Part shown: piece by piece, positions 18,324 to 28,656 of the stretch | Position numbering within the stretch: position 1 is the first letter of the stretch | Layout of the letters: each line of letters starts with the position of its first letter | Source of the DNA: Treponema sp. | GTDB taxonomy: Bacteria; Spirochaetota; Spirochaetia; Treponematales; Breznakiellaceae | Assembly: GCA_031256445.1 (NCBI GenBank) | Contig: JAIRQN010000107.1 | Span: 10,401-74,400 of the forward strand | Direction of reading: 5' to 3' | DNA: 64,000 bases | Position numbers and translations under genes: made by a program | The notes under the pieces: model-generated | The model's input: the letters and a program-made list of their open reading frames with translations, nothing else | Told to the model about the DNA's origin: nothing | Database searches by the model: none

Positions 18324-21140
18324 ATGAAAATACGCACTAGGGCGATTCTTGTAATAATTCTAACCAATTTAGTCATAATTATTTTCAGCGTTTCCGCCGG
18401 TATTGTCTTCGTTCAGAAGAATATGGATATATCCCTGGAAACCGATCTGGCGGTAATGTCCAATATCGCTGATCATTTTGTAAGCGTTGATCTTGATTTT
18501 TTAAAATTCAAAGCGCATGAATCGGCAAAAGAACTGGAAATGTTTGATGAAGCAGTGTGGCCGCAAAAATTGCGGGAGCAGATTGAACTATATCCTGATT
18601 TTATCGGGATGGCGGTAATAGAGACTGACGGGAGGCTTGCCGCCGCTTCGGGAGAGATGCCCGCGGATGCCGGCGTAATTAACGATAAATACATTAAAGA
18701 ATCATTATTGGGAAAAACATCAATCTCTTCTACATGCCAGACGGCTGATGGGCCGGTATTTTACATGGCGGTTCCCATGCCGGCTCCGCAAAACAGGATT
18801 CTTGTTATTACGCTTCCCGGAATGTATTTCAGCCGCCGTCTTTCCAATTTTTTAATTTGGGAAACAGGCCATATTTTTATGAGCGATTCCGAAGGCTTCG
18901 CGATTGCCAACCCGCGTGAAAACTGGATACGGGAGCGTTTTAATTTTATCCGTGCCGCGCAGACCGACAAGAATTTTACCGAATTGGCAAAAACAGTAGA
19001 GCGCATGACAAGGGGCGAATCCGGAACGGGTTTTTACAACGTTTACGGTATTCCCAGAATATGTTCATTCAGGCCTGTCTCAGGATCTGAAGAAGGCTGG
19101 AGCCTTGGAGTTGTAGCGCCTCTTACTGAAAGCCCTGTTAAAAATACCGATAGAGGGCTTCTTATAGTCGCGCTTGTAAGCATTTTTCTTAACATTATCG
19201 CCGCGGTAATCGCGTCAAACTTTATCAAAAAACCGTTTGAAAAAATCGCGGTTCTTAAAGAAGAGGCGGACGCCGCCAATAAAGCGAAGAGCGTCTTCCT
19301 CAGCACAATGAGCCACGAAATCCGCACTCCGATGAACGCAATATTGGGCATCAGCGAAATTCAGCTCCAGAACGATTCGCTCGATCTGTCCGTAAAAGAA
19401 GCGTTCGCAAAGGTGTTCACTTCCGGCGATTTGCTGCTCAGCATCATTAATGATATTCTTGACCTTTCCAAAATAGAAGCCGGTAAATTTGAGCTTAATA
19501 TTGACAAGTATGAAATTGCCAGCATGATCAGCGACACCGCGCAGCTTAACATAATGAGGATTGGCGGCAAGCCCATTAAATTTGAACTCCAGGTTGATGA
19601 GAACCTCCCGACTCATTTAATAGGCGATGAGCTGCGCATTAAACAAATTTTAAATAATCTGCTTTCAAATGCGTTTAAATACACACAGGAAGGCAATGTC
19701 GTACTTTCAATTTACACGGAACCTGTCAGCAATGACGACGAAGCGACGCTGGTATTCATCGTGAGCGACACGGGGCAGGGAATGACAAAAGAACAGATAG
19801 GCAGGCTCTTTGACGCGTACTCGCAGTTCAACAGAAAAGCCAACCGTACGACAGAAGGCACCGGTCTGGGCATGAGCATTACGAATAACCTTGTAAAATT
19901 GTCAAGAGGAAACATCAAAATAGAAAGCGAACCAGGCAAAGGCACCACATTTATTGTGCGTCTTCCGCAGGGCAAATGCGACTGCGGCGTATTGGGTATG
20001 GATGCCGCCAGGAATCTATGCCAGTTCCGCATGCATGGCAGGGATTATATGGAGAAGCTGGAAATCTCGCGTGAACCCATGCCATACGGCAGTGTCCTTG
20101 TCGTTGATGATGTGGAAGCGAATATCTATGTCGCTATGGGGCTGCTGGCTCTTTATGACATTAAAATCAGTTCAGCAAGCAGCGGACAAAAAGCGATTAA
20201 AAAGATCAAGAAAGGGGAAAAATACGATATTGTTTTTATGGATCATATGATGCCTGAAATGGACGGCATAGAAGCGACCAAACATATACGCGAGCTTGGA
20301 TATACAGCTCCCATTGTCGCGTTGTCAGCTAACGCGATAGAAGGGCAGGCGGAGATATTCATTCAGAATGAGTTTGACGATTTCCTTTCCAAGCCGATTG
20401 ATATACGCCAGTTAAACCAAGTCCTTAATAAATATATACGCGATAAACAGCCGCAGGAGGTGCTTGAAGAAGCCCGCAGGCAAAAGGCGGAGAAGAAAGA
20501 AAACCGCGCAGTTCTGGAAGAGATGAAGACCAAGCCGGTTAATATTACAAAATCGCAGCTAATGGAAAGAGAAATAGCCGGGTTAGATATATCCAAAGGG
20601 ATTAAACGGTTTGACGGCAATGAACAGGCGTACTTGAATGTTCTGCGTTCATACGCCGCCGGCGTAAATTCCATGCTTGATGATATTGAAACGGTAAGCG
20701 AAGATACGCTTAACAGTTATATAATTAAAGTTCACGGCATTAAGGGAACCAGTTTTGATATTTACGCGGATCAAATCGCCAAAGCCGCGCAGTACCTTGA
20801 AAAAGCGGGAAAATCCGGCGATTTACAGTTTATAATGGCGAACAATAAGGCCTTTATCAAAAAAGCAAGATATCTGGTTTCCAATATAATAGATCTTTTT
20901 AAAATCCTGGATTCCGCAAGCCAAAAACCTGTAAAGGATAAACCTGACAAAGATGTATTATTAAAACTTTTAAACGCCTGCAGCGAATATGATATGGATG
21001 AGGCGGATTCAGCAATGGCTGAACTGGAAAACTACCAATATGAATCTGATAACGATCTTATAGGCTGGCTGCGCAGTAATATAGACAGAACGGAATTTGA
21101 ACAAATCGTGGAAAGACTTACAGATTTTAATAAAACTTGA
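18324..21140 (+). CDS. Hybrid sensor histidine kinase (TM-sensor domain-TM, HisKA, HATPase, REC, Hpt)
   Basis: H-box SHEIRTPMN, N-box LLSNAFKYT, G-boxes DTGQGM and GTGLGM, REC with FMDHMMPEMDG, and Hpt HGIKGTS. Confidence 0.9.
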   Translation: MKIRTRAILVIILTNLVIIIFSVSAGIVFVQKNMDISLETDLAVMSNIADHFVSVDLDFLKFKAHESAKELEMFDEAVWPQKLREQIELYPDFIGMAVIETDGRLAAASGEMPADAGVINDKYIKESLLGKTSISSTCQTADGPVFYMAVPMPAPQNRILVITLPGMYFSRRLSNFLIWETGHIFMSDSEGFAIANPRENWIRERFNFIRAAQTDKNFTELAKTVERMTRGESGTGFYNVYGIPRICSFRPVSGSEEGWSLGVVAPLTESPVKNTDRGLLIVALVSIFLNIIAAVIASNFIKKPFEKIAVLKEEADAANKAKSVFLSTMSHEIRTPMNAILGISEIQLQNDSLDLSVKEAFAKVFTSGDLLLSIINDILDLSKIEAGKFELNIDKYEIASMISDTAQLNIMRIGGKPIKFELQVDENLPTHLIGDELRIKQILNNLLSNAFKYTQEGNVVLSIYTEPVSNDDEATLVFIVSDTGQGMTKEQIGRLFDAYSQFNRKANRTTEGTGLGMSITNNLVKLSRGNIKIESEPGKGTTFIVRLPQGKCDCGVLGMDAARNLCQFRMHGRDYMEKLEISREPMPYGSVLVVDDVEANIYVAMGLLALYDIKISSASSGQKAIKKIKKGEKYDIVFMDHMMPEMDGIEATKHIRELGYTAPIVALSANAIEGQAEIFIQNEFDDFLSKPIDIRQLNQVLNKYIRDKQPQEVLEEARRQKAEKKENRAVLEEMKTKPVNITKSQLMEREIAGLDISKGIKRFDGNEQAYLNVLRSYAAGVNSMLDDIETVSEDTLNSYIIKVHGIKGTSFDIYADQIAKAAQYLEKAGKSGDLQFIMANNKAFIKKARYLVSNIIDLFKILDSASQKPVKDKPDKDVLLKLLNACSEYDMDEADSAMAELENYQYESDNDLIGWLRSNIDRTEFEQIVERLTDFNKT

Positions 21141-21160
21141 AAATACTCAGGAGGGTTTTT

Positions 21161-22132
21161 TTGAGTAATTTAAATATTGAATCGGCGGATGAAATTGAAA
21201 AAGAGCGGTTAAAAATTGTAATTGTTGATGATATTCAGTGCAGTCTGGTAACGGTAAAAAGAAAGCTCATGGGGCAGTATGAAGTATATCCCGCGGAATC
21301 CAGTGAAGCGTTGTTTAAAATTCTGGAAAAAATAACGCCGGATTTAATATTTTTGGACATTAACATGCCCGGCGTTGACGGTTATGGGGTTATAAAAACC
21401 CTGAAAGAGGATGAACGGTACGCCAATATTCCGGTTGTTTTTTTAACAAGCAATAATGACAAAAAGAGCGTGTTTAGGGGACTGGACCTTGGCGCGGTTG
21501 ATTACATTTTAAAACCGTTTGATGCGTCAATCCTGATCGCCTGTATTAAGAAGCATACAACTGTTAAAAGAAATGAAAAAATTCCGCAGGGCAGCGAAAA
21601 TGATGAAAAACCGCGTATCCTTGCCGTTGATGACATCAGCGGTTCATTAAAAGCAATCCAGCAGGCTTTGCGCGACAGTTACAAAGTGCATACAATTTCA
21701 AAGCCTGAATGCGTGATGGACTTTCTAAAATTAAAAAAACCTGTTTTAATCCTGCTGGATTACCTGATGCCTGTATTAAACGGATTCGAGCTTATTCCCA
21801 TGATACGCGCGCTTCCAGACTATAAAAACACTCCCATTATTATGCTGACATCCGAAGGGACGCTTAATCAGATAAAAGAGGCCATGGCTCTGGGCGCTTC
21901 CGATTTTATAGTAAAACCTTTTAAAGAAGACGAATTAAAAGAAAAAGTCGCAAAGCATATTAACAGTGAAGCAAACCATGAACAATGCGTGCCTGCCGGC
22001 GTTTCTTCTGATCTTAATTGCAGCAAATCGAATATAAATGCAATTAATGTTACAGCGCGGCAAATTGAAAATGACAGCTCAATAACACAGCCTTTGGATG
22101 AATTAGAGGATATTTTAAGCAAGCGAAGCTGA
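21161..22132 (+). CDS. Tandem double-REC response regulator without an output domain
   Basis: Two receiver domains (IVDD...LDINMPGVDG...KP and AVDD...LDYLMPVLNG...KP). The likely TTG start at 21161 lies 7 nt after AGGAGG. The ORF-track start at 21137 overlaps the kinase stop. Confidence 0.85.
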   Translation: MSNLNIESADEIEKERLKIVIVDDIQCSLVTVKRKLMGQYEVYPAESSEALFKILEKITPDLIFLDINMPGVDGYGVIKTLKEDERYANIPVVFLTSNNDKKSVFRGLDLGAVDYILKPFDASILIACIKKHTTVKRNEKIPQGSENDEKPRILAVDDISGSLKAIQQALRDSYKVHTISKPECVMDFLKLKKPVLILLDYLMPVLNGFELIPMIRALPDYKNTPIIMLTSEGTLNQIKEAMALGASDFIVKPFKEDELKEKVAKHINSEANHEQCVPAGVSSDLNCSKSNINAINVTARQIENDSSITQPLDELEDILSKRS

Positions 22133-22167
22133 TTTTAAATTTGTCTGGTTTGCAAAATCAAATTTTT

Positions 22168-22542
22168 TTACTTGTTCTGGAACGCGAGGAATACCCCTGT
22201 TTTGTCATTGCCTTTCACGGGGAATTTTCTTTCGTTCCCATATCCATGAACGGTAATTTCGGCGTCTTTGTTGTTTGCTGATAACACGGTAATTGAAATT
22301 ACTTCTCCATATAAAACGGAAAAGTTGTATTTTTTGCCCTTTGAGAGAGTTTTTGTTTCATTCCTGGTTTCTGTTTCAGTTGAATCCGGGTTTTCCATAT
22401 GGCCTTTGATTTTTAAAACAACGCTGCCGTAATTTACCTGTATGCTTTTATTCTCGCCGGGCGCGCCTGTTTTTGAACTGGAACAGGAAACGCCAAAAAG
22501 CAGCGGTATGATAAAAACAAACAGTAATATTTTTTTGGGCAT
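22168..22542 (-). CDS. Small putative lipoprotein, function unknown
   Basis: Signal peptide with a Cys (LLFGVSCSSSK). Coherent 124-aa ORF. Confidence 0.5.
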   Translation of the reverse strand: MPKKILLFVFIIPLLFGVSCSSSKTGAPGENKSIQVNYGSVVLKIKGHMENPDSTETETRNETKTLSKGKKYNFSVLYGEVISITVLSANNKDAEITVHGYGNERKFPVKGNDKTGVFLAFQNK

Positions 22543-22666
22543 TTTGTTTCTCCTTTCCTTATTTTATCAGGCAATAGTAAAAAATTCAACTTTTTTACCT
22601 GTGTTACGGTTTTACAATCTGCCGGCGCTACTGGCGCATTCCTGCCCTTTATAGTAAACTCTTCAT

Positions 22667-23440
22667 GTGAGCGCTGAATTTACAACTGAAAAACTGGACG
22701 CTTTTTTCAGAGGTTTTCTGGAAATAGAAAACTTTGCGTCCAGTGATAGTTCGCTGAACGGAGTTCAGGTTGACAATGACGGCTCAGGTATCAGGAAAAT
22801 CGCCTTTGCCGTGGACGCGGCAATGGAGACATTTGAACATGCCGCCTCCATTAACGCGGGAATGATCTTTGTCCACCACGGTCTGTTCTGGGGCGCTCCA
22901 TTAAGGGTAGCAGGTGGGGTAAGGCGCAGAATTAAGTATCTGCTCGATCATAATATCTGCCTGTATGCTGTTCACTTACCGCTGGATCAACATCCAAAAT
23001 TCGGCAATAACGCGACTTTGGCGGAGATTCTTGGACTGGAAAATATTGAGCCATTCGGGGCCTACAGCGGACGCAAGATAGGCTATAAAGGAACATTCCC
23101 AAAACCTGTTACTATAGATGAAGCGGCGGAAAAAATCAATTTTATGGGCAGGGCAGGGCAGGGGATACTGCCTTTTGGCAAAAGAGAGAATAAAAGCGCC
23201 GCGGTTGTTTCCGGGGGAGCCGCCGATATCGCCAGACAGGCAATTGAAGAAGGCGTGGATATTTTTATAACCGGCGAAAGTTCACATTCTGTTTACCATG
23301 AATGTCTGGAAGGAAAGCTGAACATGATTGCCGGCGGGCATTACAATACCGAAGTCCGGGGAGCGCGCGCTGTTATGTGTCATTGTGAAAAGGAGCTTGG
23401 TATTGAAACCGAATTTATCGATATTCCCACCGGATTATAA
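22667..23440 (+). CDS. Nif3-family dinuclear metal centre protein (YbgI/GTP cyclohydrolase I type 2-like)
   Basis: NGVQVDN, MIFVHHGLFW, LYAVHLPLDQHP..GNN and GGHYNTE are Nif3 hallmarks. GTG start. Confidence 0.85.
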   Translation: MSAEFTTEKLDAFFRGFLEIENFASSDSSLNGVQVDNDGSGIRKIAFAVDAAMETFEHAASINAGMIFVHHGLFWGAPLRVAGGVRRRIKYLLDHNICLYAVHLPLDQHPKFGNNATLAEILGLENIEPFGAYSGRKIGYKGTFPKPVTIDEAAEKINFMGRAGQGILPFGKRENKSAAVVSGGAADIARQAIEEGVDIFITGESSHSVYHECLEGKLNMIAGGHYNTEVRGARAVMCHCEKELGIETEFIDIPTGL

Positions 23441-23458
23441 TTTTATTGGAGAGTTTGG

Positions 23459-23983
23459 ATGAAAATTTCAAAAGAGAAATTAATGCCTTTATCGCTGGCG
23501 GCGGCAATTCTTTCGGCGGATCAGATTGTAAAGGCGGTAATAGTAAAAATCAGCCCGCAGACAGGTCTTATTAAGGATGTTTTTAATAATGATTTTCTGT
23601 GGATTTATCATGTGCGGAACAAGGCAATAGCGTTCAGCATGGGAGAAAATATTCCGGACATTATAAAACCGGCGCTCTTTATCGCCGTTCCGATTCTGGT
23701 ATTGATTTTTCTGCTGTGGTATTACTTTAAAACCGATGAATTTTCGAAAATACAGCGCTGGGCTGTAGCGGGCATAATAGGCGGCGGCCTTGGAAATATT
23801 TTGGACCGTATCTTCCGTCCGGACGGGGTAGTCGATTATGTTAGCGTAAAGTTCTACGGGCTTTTCGGCCTTGAACGCTGGCCTACATTTAACGTCGCCG
23901 ATTCGTCTGTCGTGGTGTGCTGCATCCTGCTGATGATCACCATTTTTTTCAGTCCGGGGAGCCGGACAGGGACCGGTAAATAA
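23459..23983 (+). CDS. lspA: Lipoprotein signal peptidase (signal peptidase II)
   Basis: Four TM segments, NKAIAFSMG, GGGLGNILDR and FNVADS motifs. Confidence 0.85.
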   Translation: MKISKEKLMPLSLAAAILSADQIVKAVIVKISPQTGLIKDVFNNDFLWIYHVRNKAIAFSMGENIPDIIKPALFIAVPILVLIFLLWYYFKTDEFSKIQRWAVAGIIGGGLGNILDRIFRPDGVVDYVSVKFYGLFGLERWPTFNVADSSVVVCCILLMITIFFSPGSRTGTGK

Positions 23984-24276
23984 TGAATAAAAAAGTTAAT
24001 ACCCTGCTTTTTGTTCTTGGCGCTACGCTGTTCAATATTATAGTCGCGATTATCAGTTTTATCCTTTTTACGGTTATTTACGCAAAGTTCATAATGAATA
24101 TGATACCGGAATCCGGGCGCGGCTGGGGGTTTACGCTTATTTTTCTGGCCGCAATCGCCGTTTCTTTCTTTGTTTACCGTTATGTGCTAAAATACCTTCT
24201 GACCAAAGTAAATATCGAAGAATATTTTGATCCGATTTTTGTCAGAAAGCACAAAAGAAAATCAGGTTCGGAATAG
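23983..24276 (+). CDS. Small two/three-TM membrane protein, function unknown
   Basis: The ATG overlaps the lspA stop (TAATG). Hydrophobic segments and a basic tail. Confidence 0.5.
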   Translation: MNKKVNTLLFVLGATLFNIIVAIISFILFTVIYAKFIMNMIPESGRGWGFTLIFLAAIAVSFFVYRYVLKYLLTKVNIEEYFDPIFVRKHKRKSGSE

Positions 24277-25011
24277 CCGCACAAATTCCCGCATATTGAT
24301 ATTTACCGCTCCAAGGTCTGTTTTATAATCCAGGGGCATGCCAAGATCGAAAAATGAAAACCCGTTTTCCCGCAGATAGCGGGCTGTATGTATAAGCTGA
24401 ACTGTGCCCGCGTTCTTTTCATTATAAAAACCCGAATAGCTTGTGTAGACATTCCCGCATATAACCCCGAATTCGCCTGCGGCTAGCTGTCCGTCTTTGT
24501 ATAGCGCGAAAGATGCCGGGTATGGATCGGATAATGGCAGATTAAATACCGGATGTCCGCAGTCTCCGGAATGACAGGTTAAAACCGGAAACGGATATGT
24601 GTTTCGTAATTCTTTAATTACTTCGACAAGCGGAGGGGTAAGCCAGTCGCCGCCGTGCACTTCCACACACCTGTCTATTATATGTTCAAATTCGGCGTCA
24701 GGACGCAGTTCGTAGCGGTTCAGCAAACGGCGAATTGATTTCTTTACATGTAAATTCTTAAAAAACAGGGCTGAACGCTGCAGATGAAGTTTTGGGAAAA
24801 GGACATAATCAGGAATTTCACCTGTTGAGAGGTTTACGGACATTATAAGAAAGCCTTCTTTCATAAGCCGGGAGAAAAATTCCGGGCTGAAATCTTCAGC
24901 TATAAAAAAATCTTCGTTATAGTCCGTAGCAAGGGCTGCGTCCACTATGGTTTTGCAGTCATCTTCCGGGGAAATGTATATATGCCCTGAAAGGGTATAT
25001 TTAATATACAC
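24262..25011 (-). CDS. Leucyl/phenylalanyl-tRNA--protein transferase-like protein (tentative)
   Basis: The layout resembles Aat: LHVKKSIRRLLNRYELR..FEHIIDRC, then GEFGVICGNVYTSYSGF...AGTVQL...L...GFSFFDLGMP. Judged by eye only. Confidence 0.4.
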   Translation of the reverse strand: MYIKYTLSGHIYISPEDDCKTIVDAALATDYNEDFFIAEDFSPEFFSRLMKEGFLIMSVNLSTGEIPDYVLFPKLHLQRSALFFKNLHVKKSIRRLLNRYELRPDAEFEHIIDRCVEVHGGDWLTPPLVEVIKELRNTYPFPVLTCHSGDCGHPVFNLPLSDPYPASFALYKDGQLAAGEFGVICGNVYTSYSGFYNEKNAGTVQLIHTARYLRENGFSFFDLGMPLDYKTDLGAVNINMREFVRLFRT

Positions 25012-25048
25012 GCTTGACCATTCCTTTTTATTATTTTAAACTAAAATA

Positions 25049-25077
25049 TTGATTTTGTTTTTAAGAACCTTTATATA
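25049..25077 (+). promoter_or_regulatory. Candidate rpmH promoter TTGATT-N17-TATATA
   Basis: Good -35/-10 spacing. The -10 element ends 16 nt upstream of the rpmH ATG, with AGGAG in between. Confidence 0.45.
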
Positions 25078-25093
25078 AACAGGAGAAGATACG

Positions 25094-25249
25094 ATGAAAC
25101 GGACTTATCAACCCAGCAAAGTGAAGCGAAACCGTAAATTCGGGTTTCGTGCCCGCATGAAAACACGAAATGGGCGGCTGGTTTTAAAGCGCCGCAGAGC
25201 GAAAGGACGGGCTAAACTGACAGTTTCTGACGAGAAGAAACCCTATTAA
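25094..25249 (+). CDS. rpmH: 50S ribosomal protein L34
   Basis: Not in the ORF track (51 aa). [59 protein letters not shown]. Confidence 0.95.
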   Translation: MKRTYQPSKVKRNRKFGFRARMKTRNGRLVLKRRRAKGRAKLTVSDEKKPY

Positions 25250-25325
25250 TTTTAAAGATGTTCCCGTAAGGGATGAAAGCGTTTCGTTTGCGGATAATTT
25301 ACGCGGCCGGACGGGCTTTCGTTTC

Positions 25326-25706
25326 ATGCGGGATGAACATTTAAAGAGAAGGAATGATATCCGGGATGTCTTTGGCAAGGGTAAACGGTATAGCTGCCAG
25401 GGAACCAGGCTTTTTGTTTTAATGAACAATTTACCCCATAACCGGATATGTTTTACCGTTTCCAGGGCTCCCAAAGGGAGCCGGAGTTGGAATGCGGTAC
25501 AGAGAAACCGGGAAAAACGTCTTGGGCGCGAGGCATTCAGGCTGCTGAAGCCGCGTCTTTGCGGCGGATATGATTTAATCCTGCTGGTTTATCCCGATGC
25601 ACGCACAGATGTTTCGCGGTCTGCGTCTTTTTTTGGCAGGCCGCGCATCCACCAGGTGCGGCGTCAACTGGAATTCCTTTTCACCAAAGCCGGTTTATTA
25701 AGATGA
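25326..25706 (+). CDS. rnpA: Ribonuclease P protein component
   Basis: Basic 126-aa protein. [17 protein letters not shown]...ICFTVSR. Canonical position after rpmH. Confidence 0.85.
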   Translation: MRDEHLKRRNDIRDVFGKGKRYSCQGTRLFVLMNNLPHNRICFTVSRAPKGSRSWNAVQRNREKRLGREAFRLLKPRLCGGYDLILLVYPDARTDVSRSASFFGRPRIHQVRRQLEFLFTKAGLLR

Positions 25707-25966
25707 AGAATATAGCGCTGATTTTAATTAAGTTTTATCAATATGCGGTTTCACCTCATTTCCCGCCGGTTTGCAGGTATTACCCTTCGTGTTCGTCTTA
25801 CGCTTACGAGGCTGTTCAAAAGCACGGTTTTCTGCGCGGCGGCGCTCTGGCTGTTAAAAGGATTTTCCGCTGTCACCCGTTTCATCACGGCGGTTACGAT
25901 CCGGTGCCTGAATTTTTCAACAATCCACTAACAAAGGAAATCCAATGGAAAAAAATACAATTCTAG
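25703..25966 (+). CDS. yidD: Membrane protein insertion efficiency factor YidD
   Basis: [35 protein letters not shown]...[14 protein letters not shown]. The ATG overlaps the rnpA stop (ATGA). Confidence 0.9.
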   Translation: MKNIALILIKFYQYAVSPHFPPVCRYYPSCSSYAYEAVQKHGFLRGGALAVKRIFRCHPFHHGGYDPVPEFFNNPLTKEIQWKKIQF

Positions 25967-27879
25967 CGGTTGTGCTCTCTACTGTTGTACTGGTTGGCTT
26001 TTATTTGATACAGGGTGTCTTTTTCCCGCCTCCTGTTCCCGAATACCAGCCGCCGCCTGTTACTGAGCAGTTTACGCCGCAGGCGGATACGCAAACGCCG
26101 CCGCAGTCGTTTCCCGAAGCGCCTCAAGCGGCGGAAATTTATCAGACTTCGGAGTCTTTATTGCGTGAAGACGTGCGGGGAACATCGCTTCAGGATACGC
26201 AGCGGCCGTCTCAGACGGATTCACAGGCCGCGCATCCGGCCGGCGCCGCGGTTTTGCAGTATATTACAGTTGATACCGAACTTGTGACAATTGTGTTGAC
26301 CAATGCGGGCGGCGATTTGGTTTCGTGGAAATTAAAGGAACATTGGGATAATCATGACAATGTTGACATGATTCTTTCCGGTATTAACGAAGCGCGCGCT
26401 TTTTCAATCGCCCTCGGCGGTCTTGACGCGCAGCCAATAAACTCCCTTTTCAGCGTAAACCGCATTTCTGAATATTCTGTGGAATTTTACAGGGATTTCC
26501 AGGTCCCGTCCCAGGTCTACGGCATGGACGGAGTTTTCCGCCTGATCAAGCGTTACGATTTTAAACCGAACGATTATATGTTTGAACTAACGGTTACTTT
26601 GGACGGTGGTTTTTCCATGCAGGGTTTTAATTTTTCCGGCAGCGCCTATACGCTGTCTTTTGGCCCGCAGATAGGCCCTGTGTTTGAAAAACTGGATAAC
26701 CGTTATGAATACCGCGAGTACCTGACATTCGCCAACGGCAAGCGGAAAAAAGCGAAATTAAACGAGTCAATTGATACGCGTCCGGCATGGGCCGCCATTG
26801 CCGGCAAGTACTTCACTTTTATTGCTATTCCCTATCTCGCTCAGTACACCGTCAATTTTTCAGAAAGAGCCGAACCTGGCCTTAGTTCCGCGTCAAGGCT
26901 GAATATTGTCCGTCCAGCGGCTAATTCATCCAGAACAGTGGATACTTACCGTTTTTATCTTGGGCCCAAAACGCAGAATGTGCTTGTTAACTACAACAAC
27001 GGCAAAAATGAATTTGGCCTGAAAGACACAAATTTAATTGATGTTGTCAGTACTCGAGGCATTCTTGCTCCTCTTGAGAACGCTTTAAAGTGGCTGCTCC
27101 TTGTCTTTTACAGATTTATTCCCAATTACGGCATCGCGATTATCCTGCTTACATTGCTGGTGAAAATCCTCTTTTTCCCGTTAACCAAAAAAGGTTCGGA
27201 AGCTACTTTGCGCATGCAGGCGCTGGCGCCCAAGATCAAGGAAATTCAGGATAAATACAAGAGTAACCCCCAGAAGATGCAGACGGAAATGGGGAATTTT
27301 TACAAAACGGAAGGTTATAACCCGCTTTCGGGGTGCCTGCCGCTGCTGCTCCAAATACCGATATTCTTCGCGATGTATAACCTGTTTAACAACCATTTTG
27401 ATCTTCGCGGCGCGATGTTTATTCCCGGCTGGATACCCGATCTTTCCGTACCGGAAGCGATCTGGAATTTTCCGGGGAATTTCAAACTGCCGTTTTTGGG
27501 ATGGAACGCGTTAAGGCTTCTTCCGTTTATATATGTCGGATCGCAGCTGCTTTACGGCAAAGTAACCCAGATTCCGGGACAGCAGACAAACGCCCAGATG
27601 AAAATGATGTTATACGTCATGCCGATTGTGTTTTTCTTTATACTTTACGATGTCCCGTCCGGATTGCTGATATACTGGATTTTTTCCAATCTTCTTACAA
27701 TGGCACAGCAGGTAATTATTAACAAATATGTTATGGCTAAACGCGCTCAGGCGCAGCAGCAATCGGGAGGAGAAGCAGCCAAACCGGGAACTCCTTCAGG
27801 CGGGCAGGAATCTGATAAAACCGCAAGCGTTAAAAAGTCCGGTTCCGGGAAGAAGAAAAAGGGATCTTCCAAAAAATAA
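25945..27879 (+). CDS. yidC: Membrane protein insertase YidC
   Basis: N-terminal TM, large periplasmic domain, and conserved C-terminal core ([47 protein letters not shown]). Lys-rich tail. Confidence 0.93.
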   Translation: MEKNTILAVVLSTVVLVGFYLIQGVFFPPPVPEYQPPPVTEQFTPQADTQTPPQSFPEAPQAAEIYQTSESLLREDVRGTSLQDTQRPSQTDSQAAHPAGAAVLQYITVDTELVTIVLTNAGGDLVSWKLKEHWDNHDNVDMILSGINEARAFSIALGGLDAQPINSLFSVNRISEYSVEFYRDFQVPSQVYGMDGVFRLIKRYDFKPNDYMFELTVTLDGGFSMQGFNFSGSAYTLSFGPQIGPVFEKLDNRYEYREYLTFANGKRKKAKLNESIDTRPAWAAIAGKYFTFIAIPYLAQYTVNFSERAEPGLSSASRLNIVRPAANSSRTVDTYRFYLGPKTQNVLVNYNNGKNEFGLKDTNLIDVVSTRGILAPLENALKWLLLVFYRFIPNYGIAIILLTLLVKILFFPLTKKGSEATLRMQALAPKIKEIQDKYKSNPQKMQTEMGNFYKTEGYNPLSGCLPLLLQIPIFFAMYNLFNNHFDLRGAMFIPGWIPDLSVPEAIWNFPGNFKLPFLGWNALRLLPFIYVGSQLLYGKVTQIPGQQTNAQMKMMLYVMPIVFFFILYDVPSGLLIYWIFSNLLTMAQQVIINKYVMAKRAQAQQQSGGEAAKPGTPSGGQESDKTASVKKSGSGKKKKGSSKK

Positions 27880-27912
27880 AAATTTTTTTAATCCGTAATT
27901 AAGGAGAATTTT

Positions 27913-28656
27913 ATGGAATATGAATTTGAAGGCCGTACAGAAAAAGAAGCGATTGATCGCGCGGCGGAAGAACTTGGTCTTGAGAAAGACGATTTTGATG
28001 TTGAGATTCTTGAAACCCATAAAAATGGACTGTTCAAGAAGGGATTTGTGCGCATAAGGGTTCATACGGGAAACACAAATTTTCAACCAAACGCGTATCA
28101 GGATTCTGACGGGAATACGGCGCAAAAAACTGAAAGAGTATCGAAGGGAAGTTCCGGATCGGGGAATATCGCGGTATTTGGCGAACCGGAACCGCAGAAT
28201 GATTTTGAAGTAAAAATGACCGGATTCGCATCCGGCCTTATTGAGCGTATGGGTTATCCAGGGAAAGTGACTGTTTTATTCCGTGAAAAACACAAGCTTG
28301 GGCTAAAAATAGAGTCTGAACATTCTTCAATTTTAATTGGCAAAAAAGGAAAAAATCTGGACGCTCTGCAGCTTCTGCTGAATATATACGCGGGCAGACT
28401 GGACAGGGAAGATGTGCGGGTAATTTTAGATACCGAAAATTACCGTATCCGGCGTGAAGAATCGCTTGTGCGGCTTGCTTATAATGTAGCTGAGAAAGTC
28501 CGGGAAAGCCGGGGCTCTATTCTGCTTGAACCGATGAATCCTTTTGACAGATGGCTGATTCACACCACATTGAATGATATTAACGATGTTGAAACAAAGA
28601 GCGAAGGAGAAGGCCTGTACAAACAGGTGCGTGTTTTTTACCGCGGATTAAGGTAA
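27913..28656 (+). CDS. jag: Jag/KhpB-family RNA-binding protein (Jag_N, KH, R3H)
   Basis: MEYEFEGRTEKEAIDRAAEELGL (Jag_N), IGKKGKNLDALQ (KH GxxG) and EPMNPFDRWLIHTTL (R3H). Confidence 0.85.
   Translation: MEYEFEGRTEKEAIDRAAEELGLEKDDFDVEILETHKNGLFKKGFVRIRVHTGNTNFQPNAYQDSDGNTAQKTERVSKGSSGSGNIAVFGEPEPQNDFEVKMTGFASGLIERMGYPGKVTVLFREKHKLGLKIESEHSSILIGKKGKNLDALQLLLNIYAGRLDREDVRVILDTENYRIRREESLVRLAYNVAEKVRESRGSILLEPMNPFDRWLIHTTLNDINDVETKSEGEGLYKQVRVFYRGLR

Noticed and set aside
25012-25093. Possible replication origin next to the rpmH-rnpA-yidD-yidC-jag cluster
   Set aside because: The gap is only 82 bp. It has no dnaA or dnaN gene nearby and no TTATCCACA-like DnaA boxes. The AT-rich sequence is adequately explained by the rpmH promoter.
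25184-25474. 96-aa minus-strand ORF
   Set aside because: It is antisense to the rpmH 3' end and the rnpA 5' end. Both of those genes are strongly supported.
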